64,000 nt of DNA, taken from the NCBI GenBank assembly GCA_964016885.1, contig OZ024756.1, forward strand, positions 13,826,001 through 13,890,000. Reading direction: 5' to 3'. The stretch comes from Eledone cirrhosa. Its lineage: Eukaryota. Shown here piece by piece: positions 12,941 through 26,040 of the stretch. Made by a program: the position numbers and the translations under genes. The notes under the pieces were generated by a model. That model made no database searches. It had not been told where the DNA came from and worked only from the letters and a program-made list of their open reading frames with translations. Position 1 is the first letter of the stretch, and every line of letters starts with the position of its first letter.

Positions 12941-13996
12941 AATCCCATGGTCATACATGACCGAAGGGTGTCTTTACTTAGTGATTGTTAATGAAAGAGG
13001 ATGATAAAGTCGGCAAATAGAATCATTTTGGTTAGAGATATAATTTTACTTCACTTCAGTTAAACGGAAAAGGAATCTGTGTTTATTATGCTACATTAGA
13101 TTACAAAGTGACAAGTTGTTTCAGGATAGACATACTAACATAGGTAGTAGTAAGCTCGCAGTGCATGGGAGCTGTGTTGTCTATCTGAAGAGGCAGTTGA
13201 TTCTCTGTGTAGTTGAAGTGCTAATGGAAAAATTGCTGTCGAACCCTTGTCGACAGGGCCGAAGTTTCTTTGCTAAGTGCTACATGTTGCACTTGCTTGA
13301 ACAAGTTGAAGTGATGCTTCTGTCCCGAGGAACCAGAGTCGAATAGGACAAAAGAACTTATCTCGCTTTCACCTCAAGCTAACCAACCACTCCAGACAAC
13401 TGACGTGAACTCAGATATAAGAGAAATGGCAGCCAGATGTTTTTTTGGTGATGTTAGTGTGTGAAGAGATTTCGCTACATTAGTTCCCCTACCAGATCGA
13501 TGCGGGAGTGGCGATTGACAGCAAAAGAGGTAGTGAAATGCCAGAAAACAACTTGAAAAAGAAAACGAAAAAAATGTGTCAGATCGAGATTTATGCTGGC
13601 TTTAATTTTACGGAACCGTGAGTTGCTCTACATATATTGAAAAAACCGGAATGCATTCCGAAGTGAGTAGGGAATGTGTGACTAGATTGATGCAAAGCTA
13701 TCGGCGTTGTAATGCAATTGCAAGAAGCGAATGCGTCTGCTCATTCGTTTTAATTTGTGAACCTCTTTCAGTCTAGGCTGTGTTGCAGTCCGTAGACTAT
13801 TCCGTTACTTCATTCATGTGAGATTTTCTAACTCGACTAGTTGAAGTTTGTGTGTGTGTGTGTGCATGCAAACATTTAACACAGGGTGTGTCAAAAAATG
13901 CAAAACTTGAATGTGCATGCTGTCAAGCCCTTGTCGACAGGACCGAAGGTTTTTTTGCTACGTGCTATATCACGCCACTGTGTGAAGAGATTTTGC

Positions 13997-14038
<42 letters not shown>

Positions 14039-14284
14039 TGTAAAAGATAAACAGAAATAACAACACAATCGGTACAGTAAATGGAAGGGATATATTAGGT
14101 TAACGCTTGAAATAGCAGGAAGAGGGTCTTAATGTTTCGGACGCTAGTCTCTCACCACAAGAAAGAATGCGAAATAAGATAGATTGAGGGGACAGGCGGG
14201 TTGGAATTGGAAAAAATGTCTTTAGATAAAAATAAGGGGTCCCGAAACGGCTGGCGCTCAGCCGTCGGGGTCCTGACTCTTTTC

Positions 14285-14323
<39 letters not shown>

Positions 14324-14501
14324 TACGTATATAATATAATGTGTGTGTATATATATATATATATTATAGTAATAATAATAAATTTGAAGACTAAAATCCA
14401 AAGAGGGCTCGATAAGGATAAATATATATTTGATATATATGAACCGTAGAGCAAATATTTATTAAAATAACAGATTAAAGTTTAATCTGTTATTTTAATA
14501 A

Positions 14502-14532
<31 letters not shown>

Positions 14533-14779
14533 GTAGCTGGTCACTGTTTTCTGTCACTAGGGGTATGTTACCCGAGTTTCTAAGCTATTATCTATAGTGA
14601 TCGACAGTTGATACAGTTATTTTCTCCGTTTGGGATTCCCGCATTTTCAAATATGTTTACATGTGTGTGTATATTTGACATACTGATGTGGGCGTGTAAT
14701 TATGTGTGTGTGTGTTAACATACTGATATGTGAATGTATACATGTGTAAGTGTGAATATTTAACGTACTGGTGTGTAAA

Positions 14780-15570
14780 TCTGCCAGCGCCAAATACTCA
14801 GGCGACTGGGTTGATACCCTACCCGTGGCCAACGTTGGTGGCCTACTCAGCCTGGACGAACTTCGTGTCTCCATCGCCCTCAGAGTGGGAGCTGACGTCT
14901 GCATGGGTTTGAGGTGCCGATGTGGCAAACTCCTCGACTCCACAGGTGTCCAAGGTCTTTCTTGCCGCCTGAATGCCGGCCACTTTGCACGTCACACGGA
15001 GCTAAACCTCATCCTCAAGAGAGCTTTGGCCCGGGCGAATATCCCCTCAGTCTTGGAACCATCTGGGTTGTCCAGAAGTGATGGCAAAAGACCTGACGGC
15101 CTTACCCTGTGGCCCTGGTCGAGAGGCAGGTGCCTTGTCTGGGACGTCACTGTTAGTGACTCTTTTGCTCTCTCCCACATCCTGGATGCTGCGGTTAGGA
15201 CGAGAGCCACAGCTTCCGCAGCCGAGCGGAGTAAGGACCCTCAAATACTCTGATCTGTCAGCCAGCTACATTTTTCAGCATGTGGCTTTCGAGACGTTTG
15301 GGGGAGTCGGGCCGCTGACTGCGAGGTTCCTCTCTTCACTGGCGGCTTGCCTAATAGAGGTAACTGGCGAATCTCGTGGGGGCGCTTGGCTGTTTCAGTG
15401 CATCAGCCTCGCCATCACCCGAGGCAACGCTGCGAGTGTGCTGGCTTGCCTAAAATATCATTAGAGAGGTTGCCCAGTACTCCTCGCGACGTTGCTGTCT
15501 TTTGCTCTGGTGTTGGCTCCGTTGTTCACCCCTTCCTCTACATTTTCTTTAATATTGTAACATTAAAAGA
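14780..15570 (+). mobile_element. 3' fragment of non-LTR retrotransposon with restriction-like endonuclease (CRE-clade-like), frameshifted near 15235
   Basis: CRC..C, RH, EP, RPDG, WDVT, KY, FETFG and RGNA motifs spread over two ORFs. Confidence 0.8.
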
Positions 15571-16194
15571 ATCTATACATGTGTGTATATTTAACACGCT
15601 GATGTGTGAGTGTGTGTGAGTGTAATCGTGTGCGTGTGTATGTATGTATATAACAAATGTTGTTTGCTTGAAGCATTATGGAATAAGAAATAGAAATTTA
15701 AATAAGTTTAATTGCATACGAGATCAAAAGTGTCAAAGTAATAGGAGTTATAGAGAATCTCGCATGCTTTGTCGGGCTTCCAAATATTTAAGCTTATATA
15801 AATTTATATATATATATATATATATATAAATGAAGTATTTCCGTAGGAAAGGTAAAGGAAAAGAGAGTGCTCTATGTAGGCTACAGAGCTTTTTAGTTAT
15901 GTAATAAACAACATAAGATAATTAATTCATTTACCAGTGGTTTCTTGAAGACAGATATTTATTATATCTGTCTTCAGTCGTCAGAAAGAATAAAATCTCT
16001 CTATATATATGTATGTATGTATGTATGTATATATATATATACAGCCAACCAGACACTGCCCACAACAGGACAACCCGTCTAACCCATGCTAGCATGGAAG
16101 AACAGACGTAAAACGATGATGATGATGATATATATATACACATGTACATATGTGTGTATATGTATATGTATGGTGCATGCGTGTGTATAAGCGC

Positions 16195-16540
16195 GGGGAC
16201 ATAGAAATAGTCGGGCTGGAAACCCGATCGCGCGGTTAAACCACTGGGAGTGAAGGACCCCTAGCGTTTGTCAGGGCATTCTTCTAGGAGAAGGCAACTC
16301 AGGAAACTGGGATAACTCCAATATAAAACCTGCGGCTCAGTAGTAACCGATGATGTTGATCTTTTCTTCTTTTCGGGTTATAGCTACTGTCGCTCAGAGA
16401 GTGGGATTGGCTCAGTGCACAGTCTCTCCTTACTTTAAAAAATATCTTCACGCACAGGCATTGCACGATAGAATTAATTAATAATTATTAATAATGGTAT
16501 ATCATTCAATGCCCATACTCGATAACGAGGGGGCAGCCAT
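16195..16540 (+). mobile_element. RTE-type 5'UTR-like repeat
   Basis: CTAGGAGAAGGCAACTC motif; homologous to the rc of 28740-28950. Confidence 0.45.
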
Positions 16541-16544
16541 CATC

Positions 16545-16578
<34 letters not shown>

Positions 16579-17163
16579 GGGGTAAAAAGTAAAAGTGAAA
16601 ACGCATAGAAGTATATATAAATATTATTTCTTTCTTTAATCCGACGCAATGGATAATTCTATAATTGTTACATTAAGTAGATTTAAATGTCAAATATTAC
16701 CGGTTTCGATTTGTATGTCAATTTTATCGAATATTAAATATTAAAAACATTTTTTAGATAAGTTTCTCTTTATGTATATTTTCTTTATGAAGGTGTGGTG
16801 GTAAAGGTGGAAGTGGGGTTTAACAGGTCAGGATTCAATTGAATTAACTTGGTTAAAATAGAAAATTCTTTTACTATTCATAATAATGGCCCAGATGGCA
16901 TTTTTGATGTGATGTGTATGTATGGTGAGACGTGGTGTCTGTAGTTGATTGTGATGCGATGTTGATTCGTTTGTTGCATGTGTACTTATTTGTAGATTGC
17001 TGAGTGGTGGGGTCGCTGTTGAAAGTGTGACCAGAGATTGCGTGTGCGCTAGTAAGTAAATGTTCATTAAGATGATGATATGATAGTTCCTTGATCACGC
17101 AGAAAATGAGAAGAAACAGATTACCTTTTGGTATCTCCAATTCTTGGACATATTGGCGCCCGA

Positions 17164-17542
17164 ATCATCATCATCATCATCATCATCATTTAACGTCCAT
17201 CTTCCACGCTAGCATGGGTTTGGACGGGAATTTTTCCACTTGAGGCAAGAGTGGTTGTCTTGCTCGCATAGGACTGTCTGGCGGGTTTTCTACGGCTGGA
17301 TGCCCTTCCTAACACCAACCACGTTTACAGTGTGGTCTGGGAGGTTTTTACCGTGTTACCTACACGGCCACATTACAGCGTGGACTGTGTGTTTTTTTGT
17401 CGTGACACCTACACGCCCTCATTTGTTTCGAACTGGATGCTGTGGTACCAACATAACTTTACATTGGAAGGGGTGGTGTGGATGGGGTGGGGGTAGTTGG
17501 GCAGGGGTGTATTTTTGTTAGAGGTGCCTACTGACTGTAGGT
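17164..17542 (-). mobile_element. RTE-related non-autonomous element/SINE family C
   Basis: rc has AGGAAGGGCATCCAGCCGTAGAAAAC and the 3' end GCTAGCGTGGAAGATGGACGTTAAA(ATG)n. Colinear with 53067-53464. Confidence 0.7.
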
Positions 17543-18008
17543 CAGTAGGCGAACTGATTTATGCGGCCACAGAGGTCAGTTTCCCTGTAAAAGCAACTCT
17601 GTTGAAAAGAGCAATAAATTACTGCTACATATGAGTGTGCATAAGTATTTAGGAGGAGTTCAATTGTGTCAAAAGGACCGGTTATTTTCGGGGTTTGTGA
17701 AAGTAGCTAACAAAAGCTAAGAGTGACTATAGAATTTTTATTTTATTTTGTTGTGAAAAAGCCTAATCTTGGATAGAAACTGAATCTTTACCAAAAAGAT
17801 CAACAGAAACCTCCACTCTTCACTTTTCAATTCATCAGGCAGATAACGGAAATTGAGAAACTGCGAACTGGAAGCTATTAAGTGGTGTTACAACAGTTAT
17901 TGCCTTTTATTTTCATCTGCACTATGTATTGAGTTCTTTTTCTTGTGTGTGTAGGTGTATGCACTAACGGACATTCATCCACCTCCACACACACATATAC
18001 ACACACAC

Positions 18009-18042
<34 letters not shown>

Positions 18043-18262
18043 ATACACATAAACACACACACACACACATATATATATACACCCACATAACATTGCTATG
18101 TATAAACTTAGTCAAGTATGTATGGTGGAGATTATGTTACTATGTTTATGCTGACTACTTAAAATGTGTTTGTGTGTCTGTGTCTGTGTGTAAATAGACG
18201 TATTACTGTGTACTACTGCATGTGAAATTGTTGTGAACAGATCGTGTGCTTTCACACATATG

Positions 18263-18299
<37 letters not shown>

Positions 18300-18301
<2 letters not shown>

Positions 18302-19505
18302 CTTCCAATTCCTTTGGAAGAAGGAGGCTCCACTGGTGAGAAGATCCATCTGCTGCCAACACCCTTCTAACGGAGGGCTGGGGATGCCGTGGTTGACGAT
18401 GCGCAAACACGCGCTCAGGCTGCGGCATCTCTACGTATTCCTCACCGGACAACCGGTGTGGGCCCCGTTCGTGAGGCGAGCCTTCCCACGACTCGTCTCG
18501 CTGACCGAGCTGCAGTCCTGGGTCAAGCAGAGACCGAGGAAAATGGGCGACTGGCACATCGAATGTGCTCAGGCGCTCACAGCCCTCTGGCAGGCGGACC
18601 CAGCGATCAGTGGAGACTCCACTTCGTCATTCTATAGAGGGTTGGTCCGCAGCAAGTGCGACGACGCGCTCGGTGAAACTCTAGGCGTGGAGGAAGATGA
18701 ACTGGCCAGTCTGTTCGGTAGGACCTTCCGCCCGGGACCGATGGACAACTTCCAAAAGTCCCTGGCCTGGCAGTGCTACCGAGGAGCTCTACCAGTTCGA
18801 GACAAGCTCTACAGACATGGGCGCCCGGGCAGGGACCCTGCAAAAAAGATCTGTCCGAGGTGCGTGCGAGACGAAGAAACCGTCGCGCACGCATTCATAC
18901 ACTGCCCGGGCGTCACTGACCTGTGGGGCTATGTAGAACGACTATTGTCACGGGTGGGACCAATCCAGTTGACCACCGAGTCCATTGTCATGATCAAACC
19001 GCCACCCTCCTTCAAAAACGAAGGAGAGGCGGTTTTCCTTTGTGTGATAGCTATGGCGAAAGAGGTTGTATGGTGGACAAGGTTGAAAGGGCTGAGGTCA
19101 GACACCTTTCTCTCCGGCCAACAACTGATTCTTTTTTTCAAATACCACTTTGGAAGAAGAATCAGGATGGAGAGAGAGGTGCTGTACCCCAGCAAGTTTT
19201 ATGAAAGGGGGGTGAAAGTGGCGAGAATGGCCCGAGTGAATGGGCCTTCTCTCTATATCAGCCTGTAGGTTGAGGAAAAGGAGGAGGAGAGGAAAGGAGT
19301 ACAAGCTCTTCGTACTCCTGGAGATGAGGGTTGCACATTTTTTTCGGGGGTCTGTGTTACCCATATAAACTGTCTCCCTCTATTGGGGAAAATCGACTAA
19401 CTTTTAAATTCCATCTGTGATAACATTTTACACGTTTTTATTGTATGTAAACTTCCCCCTTTGTATTTGTCCCCTTCTTTTGTGCCCCTGTGGCTAATAA
19501 AGAAA
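18300..19505 (+). mobile_element. 5'-truncated L1/Tx1-group LINE (ORF2 C-terminus and 3'UTR)
   Basis: GGLGMP motif and C-terminal CPRC..ETVAHAFIHC zinc knuckle in an open frame to 19268. AATAAA near 19496; flanked by (TCTA)n. Confidence 0.85.
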
Positions 19506-19534
19506 TATATCTATCTAAAGTCATTTTATATGTA

Positions 19535-19620
19535 CAGGGTGTCCCCAAAAAATGTATATACTCTTTGATTAGAATGTTGTTGAAGTGTGTATACATTTTT
19601 TTTTGGGGGGGGGGGCCTGT
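19535..19620. mobile_element. Short Tc1/mariner-like MITE
   Basis: TA-CAGGGTGTCCCCAAAAAATGTATA..TATACATTTTT..GGGG..CCTG. Second copy at 25376-25454. Confidence 0.6.
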
Positions 19621-19774
19621 GTATATATATGTTTGTGTATATGTGTGTGTATGCGTGTATGTTAGTATTTATGTGTCACCATTAAATAATTGCCAATCAA
19701 TCAACTAGTATGTGTGTATGTAGATATACACACACACATACATACACATGCACAACACTTCACATACACATACA

Positions 19775-19814
<40 letters not shown>

Positions 19815-19869
19815 TGTGTGAAGTGTTGTGCGTATTCATATAAGTAGTTGTGTGTGTGTGTGTGTGTAC

Positions 19870-20039
19870 ATATAAGTAGTCTAGTGTGTGTGTTTGTGTG
19901 TGTATATATATATATAGGTAGTCTAGTGTATATATATGTATATATATATATATATAGTTAGTCTAGTGTGTATGTGTGTATATATATATATAGGTAGTCT
20001 AGTGTGTGTATATATATATATATATATATAGGTAGTCTA

Positions 20040-20070
<31 letters not shown>

Positions 20071-20079
20071 GGTAGTCTA

Positions 20080-20142
<63 letters not shown>

Positions 20143-20222
20143 TAGTCTAATGTGTGTATATATATATATATATATAGGTAGTCTAATGTGTGTATATATA
20201 TATATATATATAGGTAGTCTAA

Positions 20223-20256
<34 letters not shown>

Positions 20257-20265
20257 GGTAGTCTA

Positions 20266-20308
<43 letters not shown>

Positions 20309-20370
20309 TAGTCTAATGTGTATATATATATATATAGGTAGTCTAGTGTGTATGTGTATATATATATATA
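19870..20370. repeat. Compound VNTR: GGTAGTCTA(G/A)TGTGTG units separated by variable (TA)n
   Basis: About a dozen units, seen directly. Confidence 0.9.
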
Positions 20371-20569
20371 ACGCCTAGAATCCGCTATAAATACATACAG
20401 GCGCAGCGTATACACCCACACGCATTCCAATTTACATCAGTGTCTTTCTTCTTCTTCTTCTTCTTTTTCTTCTTCTTCTTCTTTTTCTTCTTCTTCTTCT
20501 TCTTCTTCCTCAGTGTTTGTTGTTTGGTTGGAGAATTCGTTTCGTTCCCCTTTTTCAATATATATAAAT

Positions 20570-20965
20570 GGTTGTTCTAGTAGTAGTGGTGGTAGTGGTA
20601 GTAGTGGTGGTGGTGGTAGTGGTAGTAGTAGTTATGGTGGTGGTTGTAGTAGTAGCAGTAATAGTAGTGGTGGCAGTAGTAATAGTAGTGGTGGTTGTAG
20701 TAGTAGTGATGGTGGTAGTAGTAGTAGTAGTAGTGATGGTGGTGGTGGGAGTAGTAGTAGTAGTAGTAGTAGTGGTTGTAGTAGTATTAGTAGTGATGGT
20801 GGCGGTAGTAGTAGTAGTGATGGTGGCGGTAGTAGTAATAGTAGTGATGGTGGTGGTTGTAATAGTAGTAGTAGTAGTGGTGGTGGTGGTAATGGTAGTA
20901 GTAGTAGTAATAGTGATGGTTGTAGTAGTAGTAGTAGTAGTAGTGGTGGTAGTAGTAGTAGTAGG
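20570..20965. repeat. (GTA/GGT)n trinucleotide tract
   Basis: Seen directly. Confidence 0.95.
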
Positions 20966-21114
20966 TCAGTTATGGTCAAAGATCTTCCAACTGTGACCAT
21001 CCTGCCATCAACATGAGTGTCTAGAATGTCCCCTATATCTCCTAGTTTCTCCCTAATTCAAGAAGAGCAGTATATTTCAGGCTCCATTAACAGCTATAAC
21101 CCTCATCATGGCCC

Positions 21115-21241
21115 TTTATGTTCTGAGTTCAAATCCCGCCGAGGTTAACTTTGCCTTTCATCCTTACGGGGTCGATAAAATAAAGTACCAGTAATGCACT
21201 GAGTAATTGCTGGCCTTGTGCCAAATGTAGAAACAATTATT
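21115..21241 (+). mobile_element. SINE family A, 5'-truncated
   Basis: B box through tail match family A. Confidence 0.85.
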
Positions 21242-21599
21242 TTAAGACAGTACAGTGTGATTGGAGAGGTATTTCGCTGCTATCTCTAGCAATGTAGCGA
21301 CCCACCCTGTGGCTGAAATCAGTTGAGTGTTTGTGTCTTGTTAACCACTTCCTTTCCAATTCCCATCCCACTATCACCACTTTCATTCACAAACATACAT
21401 ACATACATAGACTTACCTACATATACATACATATATACTTACACACACACACACACACAGACGATTGCCGTCTTTTACTTACACACACACACACACACAC
21501 ACAGACGATTGCCCTTTTTACTTACACATACACACGCACAGACGATTGCCCTCTTTTACTTACACACATACACAGACGATTGCCATCTTTTATTGTATC

Positions 21600-22270
21600 T
21601 TTATTGTCATCCCATCCGCGTACCTGACTTCGTAGATGACGTTTTAGACCAGCTGTAGATTTGGATGGTTTACGACACAGGTGACAGAAGAGAGTTGTGC
21701 ATTCCACAGGATTGGTGGGGGGGGGGGGGGTCACTCTGTGGGACACAATCTTTATTGTTCTACACACTTTGTTGCATATCATATTCACCAGATTTGTTGA
21801 GTGGTGTAGCGAATGGTTGTTCTTTCGTGTGACTTCAGGTGATTAACGTATCCAGCTTTTGAGAGGAGTACACGTTGACACGGAGCTGACGCTTCGGTTG
21901 CTTATGTTCTAAGCGACATTCTTCAGACGTTTTGGCAACTGCCCTTTATGAACTTTCTCCACTCAGCCCTATTTAGAGCTCCCATTTGTTTATATCAAAT
22001 GCAAGCTCTTTGAGGTTGTTCTCGATGCTGTCCTTGTACCTCGTTTTCGATAAAACAGTTGCTTTGGGAGCCTCTGCTTTATTTCATGTGGACATGTCCT
22101 GTCCAGCGTATTTCAGATGTTACTTGAGACTCAGTACTTGGACATTCTGCTTTGACAAGGATATTGATGTCAGGTATTCTGTCTTGCCACTTGATGTTGA
22201 ATATGCGCCTTAGACATTTCCGCTGAAAACGCTCAAACAATTTGATATGTTTACTACCATTACTACTACA
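21600..22270 (-). mobile_element. RTE (BovB-like) LINE 3' fragment, decayed
   Basis: ERFQRKCLRRIFNIKWQDRIPD..IRWTGHV and terminal C2H2-like CHLCRKPSKSTAGLKRHLRS. Confidence 0.8.
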
Positions 22271-22514
22271 ACTGTCTTTCAGTCTTACTTCCTTAAATAT
22301 TCCGTCGACTCCTCTCCTTCGCAGTAATTTCTTCACATTCCGGCTAAATATTTACCATACATTTTGTCTTTTTTTTTTTTTTTTTTTGCTTTTGTTTTTT
22401 TCTTATCGCCCTACGAAGACCCAGATCAGTGGTTTCCAAACTTATTTTGCCCCAGAACTCTCTAATATTTCCAGAACCCACCCCTAGATTTCCAAACTTA
22501 TTTTGTGCCAGAAC

Positions 22515-23115
22515 TAACGACAGGCTGCGAATCGGAGTTTCCCTGAGGCTCTGCCGCCGGATATGCGAGTCACACAAATGTCGCTGCTGATCCATTGCAG
22601 ACTCTTTCGGCTTCCATCCGCTGTCCCGTCACTTCAGTCCCACCTGCCTTCCACGCCATGCTGCTCTCAACGATATCATAAAACATGGCTTGGATGCTGC
22701 AGGCCTCCCCTCCCAGCTCGAGCCGGCGGAGCTGGACCGAGGGGACGTCAAAAGACCAGGCGGCATGACCATCTTCCCGTTCCACAGTGGTAAACCCCTC
22801 ATCTGGAATCTCACATGCCACGATACATTCTCCAGCGGCAACCTGATGCAGTCTGCGACTAACCCAGGCTCTGCTGTACTTCGGGCCAGGGAGGGTAAAC
22901 TCTCCAAATATCGGTCACTCTGCGACAGGTTTGCAGTCGAGCCCATAGCAGTGGAGACTTCTGGTGTCCTTGGCCCTAGGGCTACCTCCCTACTCACCAC
23001 CGTCGGCACAGAGTTGGCTACCCATAGGTGTGAGCCTCGCGAGATGGAATGGCTCTTCCAACGCATCCCCTCACCATCCTCCAGGTAAACACCTTCTCTA
23101 TTCTGTCTGCTGGGG
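22515..23115 (+). mobile_element. CRE-like RLE non-LTR 3' fragment, second family
   Basis: LRIGVSLRL..CRC..RHAALNDII..EP..KRPGG..KLSKY..PIAVETSG. Close homolog at 47255-47780. Confidence 0.8.
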
Positions 23116-23264
23116 TTGTGGGGGGGGGCAGCACATGGGCCCCCATTTGCTCATAATAGTGAGAGACAGGAAGAGCGGGAGAGACGAAGGTACTGACTGT
23201 GGGACTTTGGTTCTTTTGTGTTTGGACCTGGTGTATACAGGGCCTCCAATAGAAATTTTGCAAT

Positions 23265-24485
23265 GTGGTACAAGACCTCTTTGGGGCCCGAAGCTGGCAA
23301 AGTGGTACAAGACCTCTTTCAGGTTCGAAGCTGGCAAAGTGGTACAAGACCTCTTTCAGGTTCGAAGCTGGCAAAGTGGTACAAGACCTCTTTCAGGTTC
23401 GAAGCTGGCAAAGTGGTACAAGACCTCTTTGGGGCCCGAAGCTGGCAAAGTGGTACAAGACCTCTTTCAGGTTCGAAGCTGGCAAAGTGGTACAAGACCT
23501 CTTTGGGGCCCGAAGCTGGCAAAGTGGTACAAGACCTCTTTGGCGCCCGAAGCTGGCAAAGTGGTACAAGACCTCTTTCAGGTTCGAAGCTGGCAAAGTG
23601 GTACAAGACCTCTTTGGGGCCCGAAGCTGGCAAAGTGGTACAAGACCTCTTTGGGGCCCGAAGCTGGCAAAGTGGTACAAGACCTCTTTGGCGCCCGAAG
23701 CTGGCAAAGTGGTACAAGACCTCTTTCAGGTTCGAAGCTGGCAAAGTGGTACAAGACCTCTTTGGGGCCCGAAGCTGGCAAAGTGGTACAAGACCTCTTT
23801 GGGGCCCGAAGCTGGCAAAGTGGTACAAGACCTCTTTGGGGCCCGAAGCTGGCAAAGTGGTACAAGACCTCTTTCAGGTTCGAAGCTGGCAAAGTGGTAC
23901 AAGACCTCTTTGGGGCCCGAAGCTGGCAAAGTGGTACAAGACCTCTTTGGGGCCCGAAGCTGGCAAAGTGGTACAAGACCTCTTTCAGGTTCGAAGCTGG
24001 CAAAGTGGTACAAGACCTCTTTGGGGCCCGAAGCTGGCAAAGTGGTACAAGACCTCTTTGGGGCCCGAAGCTGGCAAAGTGGTACAAGACCTCTTTCAGG
24101 TTCGAAGCTGGCAAAGTGGTACAAGACCTCTTTCAGGTTCGAAGCTGGCAAAGTGGTACAAGACCTCTTTGGGGCCCGAAACTGGCAAAGTGGTACAAGA
24201 CCTCTTTGGGGCCCGAAGCTGGCAAAGTGGTACAAGACCTCTTTCAGGTTCGAAGCTGGCAAAGTGGTACAAGACCTCTTTGGGGCCCGAAGCTGGCAAA
24301 GTGGTACAAGACCTCTTTGGGGCCCGAAGCTGGCAAAGTGGTACAAGACCTCTTTGGGGCCCGAAGCTGGCAAAGTGGTACAAGACCTCTTTCGGGTTTG
24401 AAGCTGGCAAACTGGTACAAGACCTCTTTGGGGCCCGAAGCTGGCAAAGTGGTACAAGACCTCTTTGGGGCCCGAATCTGGTAAA
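23265..24485. repeat. 37-bp tandem array, 33 units, two main variants
   Basis: GTGGTACAAGACCTCTTT-(GGGGCC|CAGGTT|GGCGCC)-CGAAGCTGGCAAA; the last unit starts at 24449. Confidence 0.97.
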
Positions 24486-25147
24486 GATTTTTCTCAAAAT
24501 AAAGATTGCATGGTTGCTGTGGCGCCTTCTTAGCTCTTGGGTCTCGGAAGAAAGAATCGGCTGGACCACCCTCCCCACTCATAGATGTATATCTTTCATG
24601 GGCACACACATCTATTGCCTGAAAAATGTAAGGTGCATGTAACAACAGTGTATGTATTTGAATGTCTAAAGTGACTTTCCAACGATGTCCTTGGTTCAGA
24701 TTAAAATCAGTTCGAAATCAAATCACCTGCCACACAAATAAAACCCCACAATTTATTCAAATGTAAACAAAAATATACAAATTTTTTTAGAAAATTTTAT
24801 TTAAAAAAAAAAAAAAACCATCTCACGGAAAACGGAACCCACTTGGAAAAATAAGCAGGAATATGACACAAGAAGGATTTGAAGACACAGTTTTCGGTGA
24901 CTTTAACAGTCAATGATATAATACTTCTTTTTTAAAAACAAAAGTTAAACATTTTGATTCTGTTTTGTTTAATATTTGATTTCCTTTTTCTTTTTTTTTT
25001 TCTTTTCTTTTCTTTTCTTTTCTGTTTAAACATTATTGTCTTTCAAATCTGGGCGCGAAGAGAGGTCAATACGCTGACGAACAGTAACGACAATGAAATA
25101 CATGTGTAGGCCGCTCTTACCCTGATACCGAGGTAGTTCTGATAGAT

Positions 25148-25325
25148 ATAATTGTTTCTACTTTTGGTACAAGGCCAGCAATTACCCCAGTGCATTACTG
25201 GTGCTTTATTTTATCGACCAGATAAGGAGGATGAAAGGCAAAGTTGAACTCAGACCGTAAAGGGACGTAACTATGCTGGAAAACATGGTGTCCGACGCTC
25301 TACCGATGCTGCCAATCCACCGCCC
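25148..25325 (-). mobile_element. SINE family A
   Basis: Full 5' head (rc GGGCGGTGGATTGGCAGCATCGG) with an internal deletion. Confidence 0.85.
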
Positions 25326-25375
25326 TGGTAGATGTAATGACAGTTGAAAATATTTCCAGCCAGGCTAAATATATA

Positions 25376-25454
25376 CAGGGTGTCCCCACAAAATGTATAT
25401 ACAGTTTTATTAGAATGCTGTTGAAGTGTGTATACATTTTTGGGGGACACCCCG
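25376..25454. mobile_element. Short Tc1/mariner-like MITE
   Basis: TIR CAGGGTGTCCCC / GGGGACACCCCG; same internal sequence as the copy at 19535. Confidence 0.6.
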
Positions 25455-25596
25455 TGTTTATTATAGAGACTCTTTCTAGAGTACAACATAATATTTATCC
25501 TAAATAGCAACTGTTTACTTCGAAATTTCACTACACCTATACAGATATATACACACATACTCACATATTTCTCTCTCTCCCTCTCCCTGCCCCTGC

Positions 25597-25658
<62 letters not shown>

Positions 25659-26040
25659 GTGTGTGTGTGATGTACACACACGACAGCAGGCAATCATTCG
25701 CAAAATACCTGGGGGAAAAAAAAACAAAAAACAACCCCTACAGCTCTACTTTCAACTTACTCTTCCCTCATTCTCCGCCACCAACACTATAAGGGCAATA
25801 CCTTCTTCCCCGCTCCACCCCCCAACCCGACACCACAACGGGCAATACCCGGTTACTCTCAACAAACCCCACCCAACAGAAAGAACTTGCTACTTATATG
25901 TCAGTTGCTGTTTTTCTGTTCCTCGTTCAGGTAAACTAGCGTAGAATCGACACGGCTATCTGTTACGTTTGTCACACAAACCTGCCTCGCTCTCAGACGA
26001 ACCAAATTTGTCTATAGCTTGCTTCTTATATATCTTGTTA

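Noticed and set aside
13240-14000. Possible piggyBac relic with repeated CCCTTGTCGACAGG
   Set aside because: The repeats are direct rather than inverted, there is no TTAA TSD, and the protein similarity is too weak to call.
16690-17160. Possible PLE GIY-YIG remnant with hammerhead 3' half (rc GAAACCGGTA); similar partial motifs at 45730-45780 and 54428-54480
   Set aside because: Core or stems are too decayed to support individually.
22964-24645. Long ORFs or a CRISPR array
   Set aside because: 37-bp tandem repeat with no unique spacers, no cas genes and a eukaryotic context.
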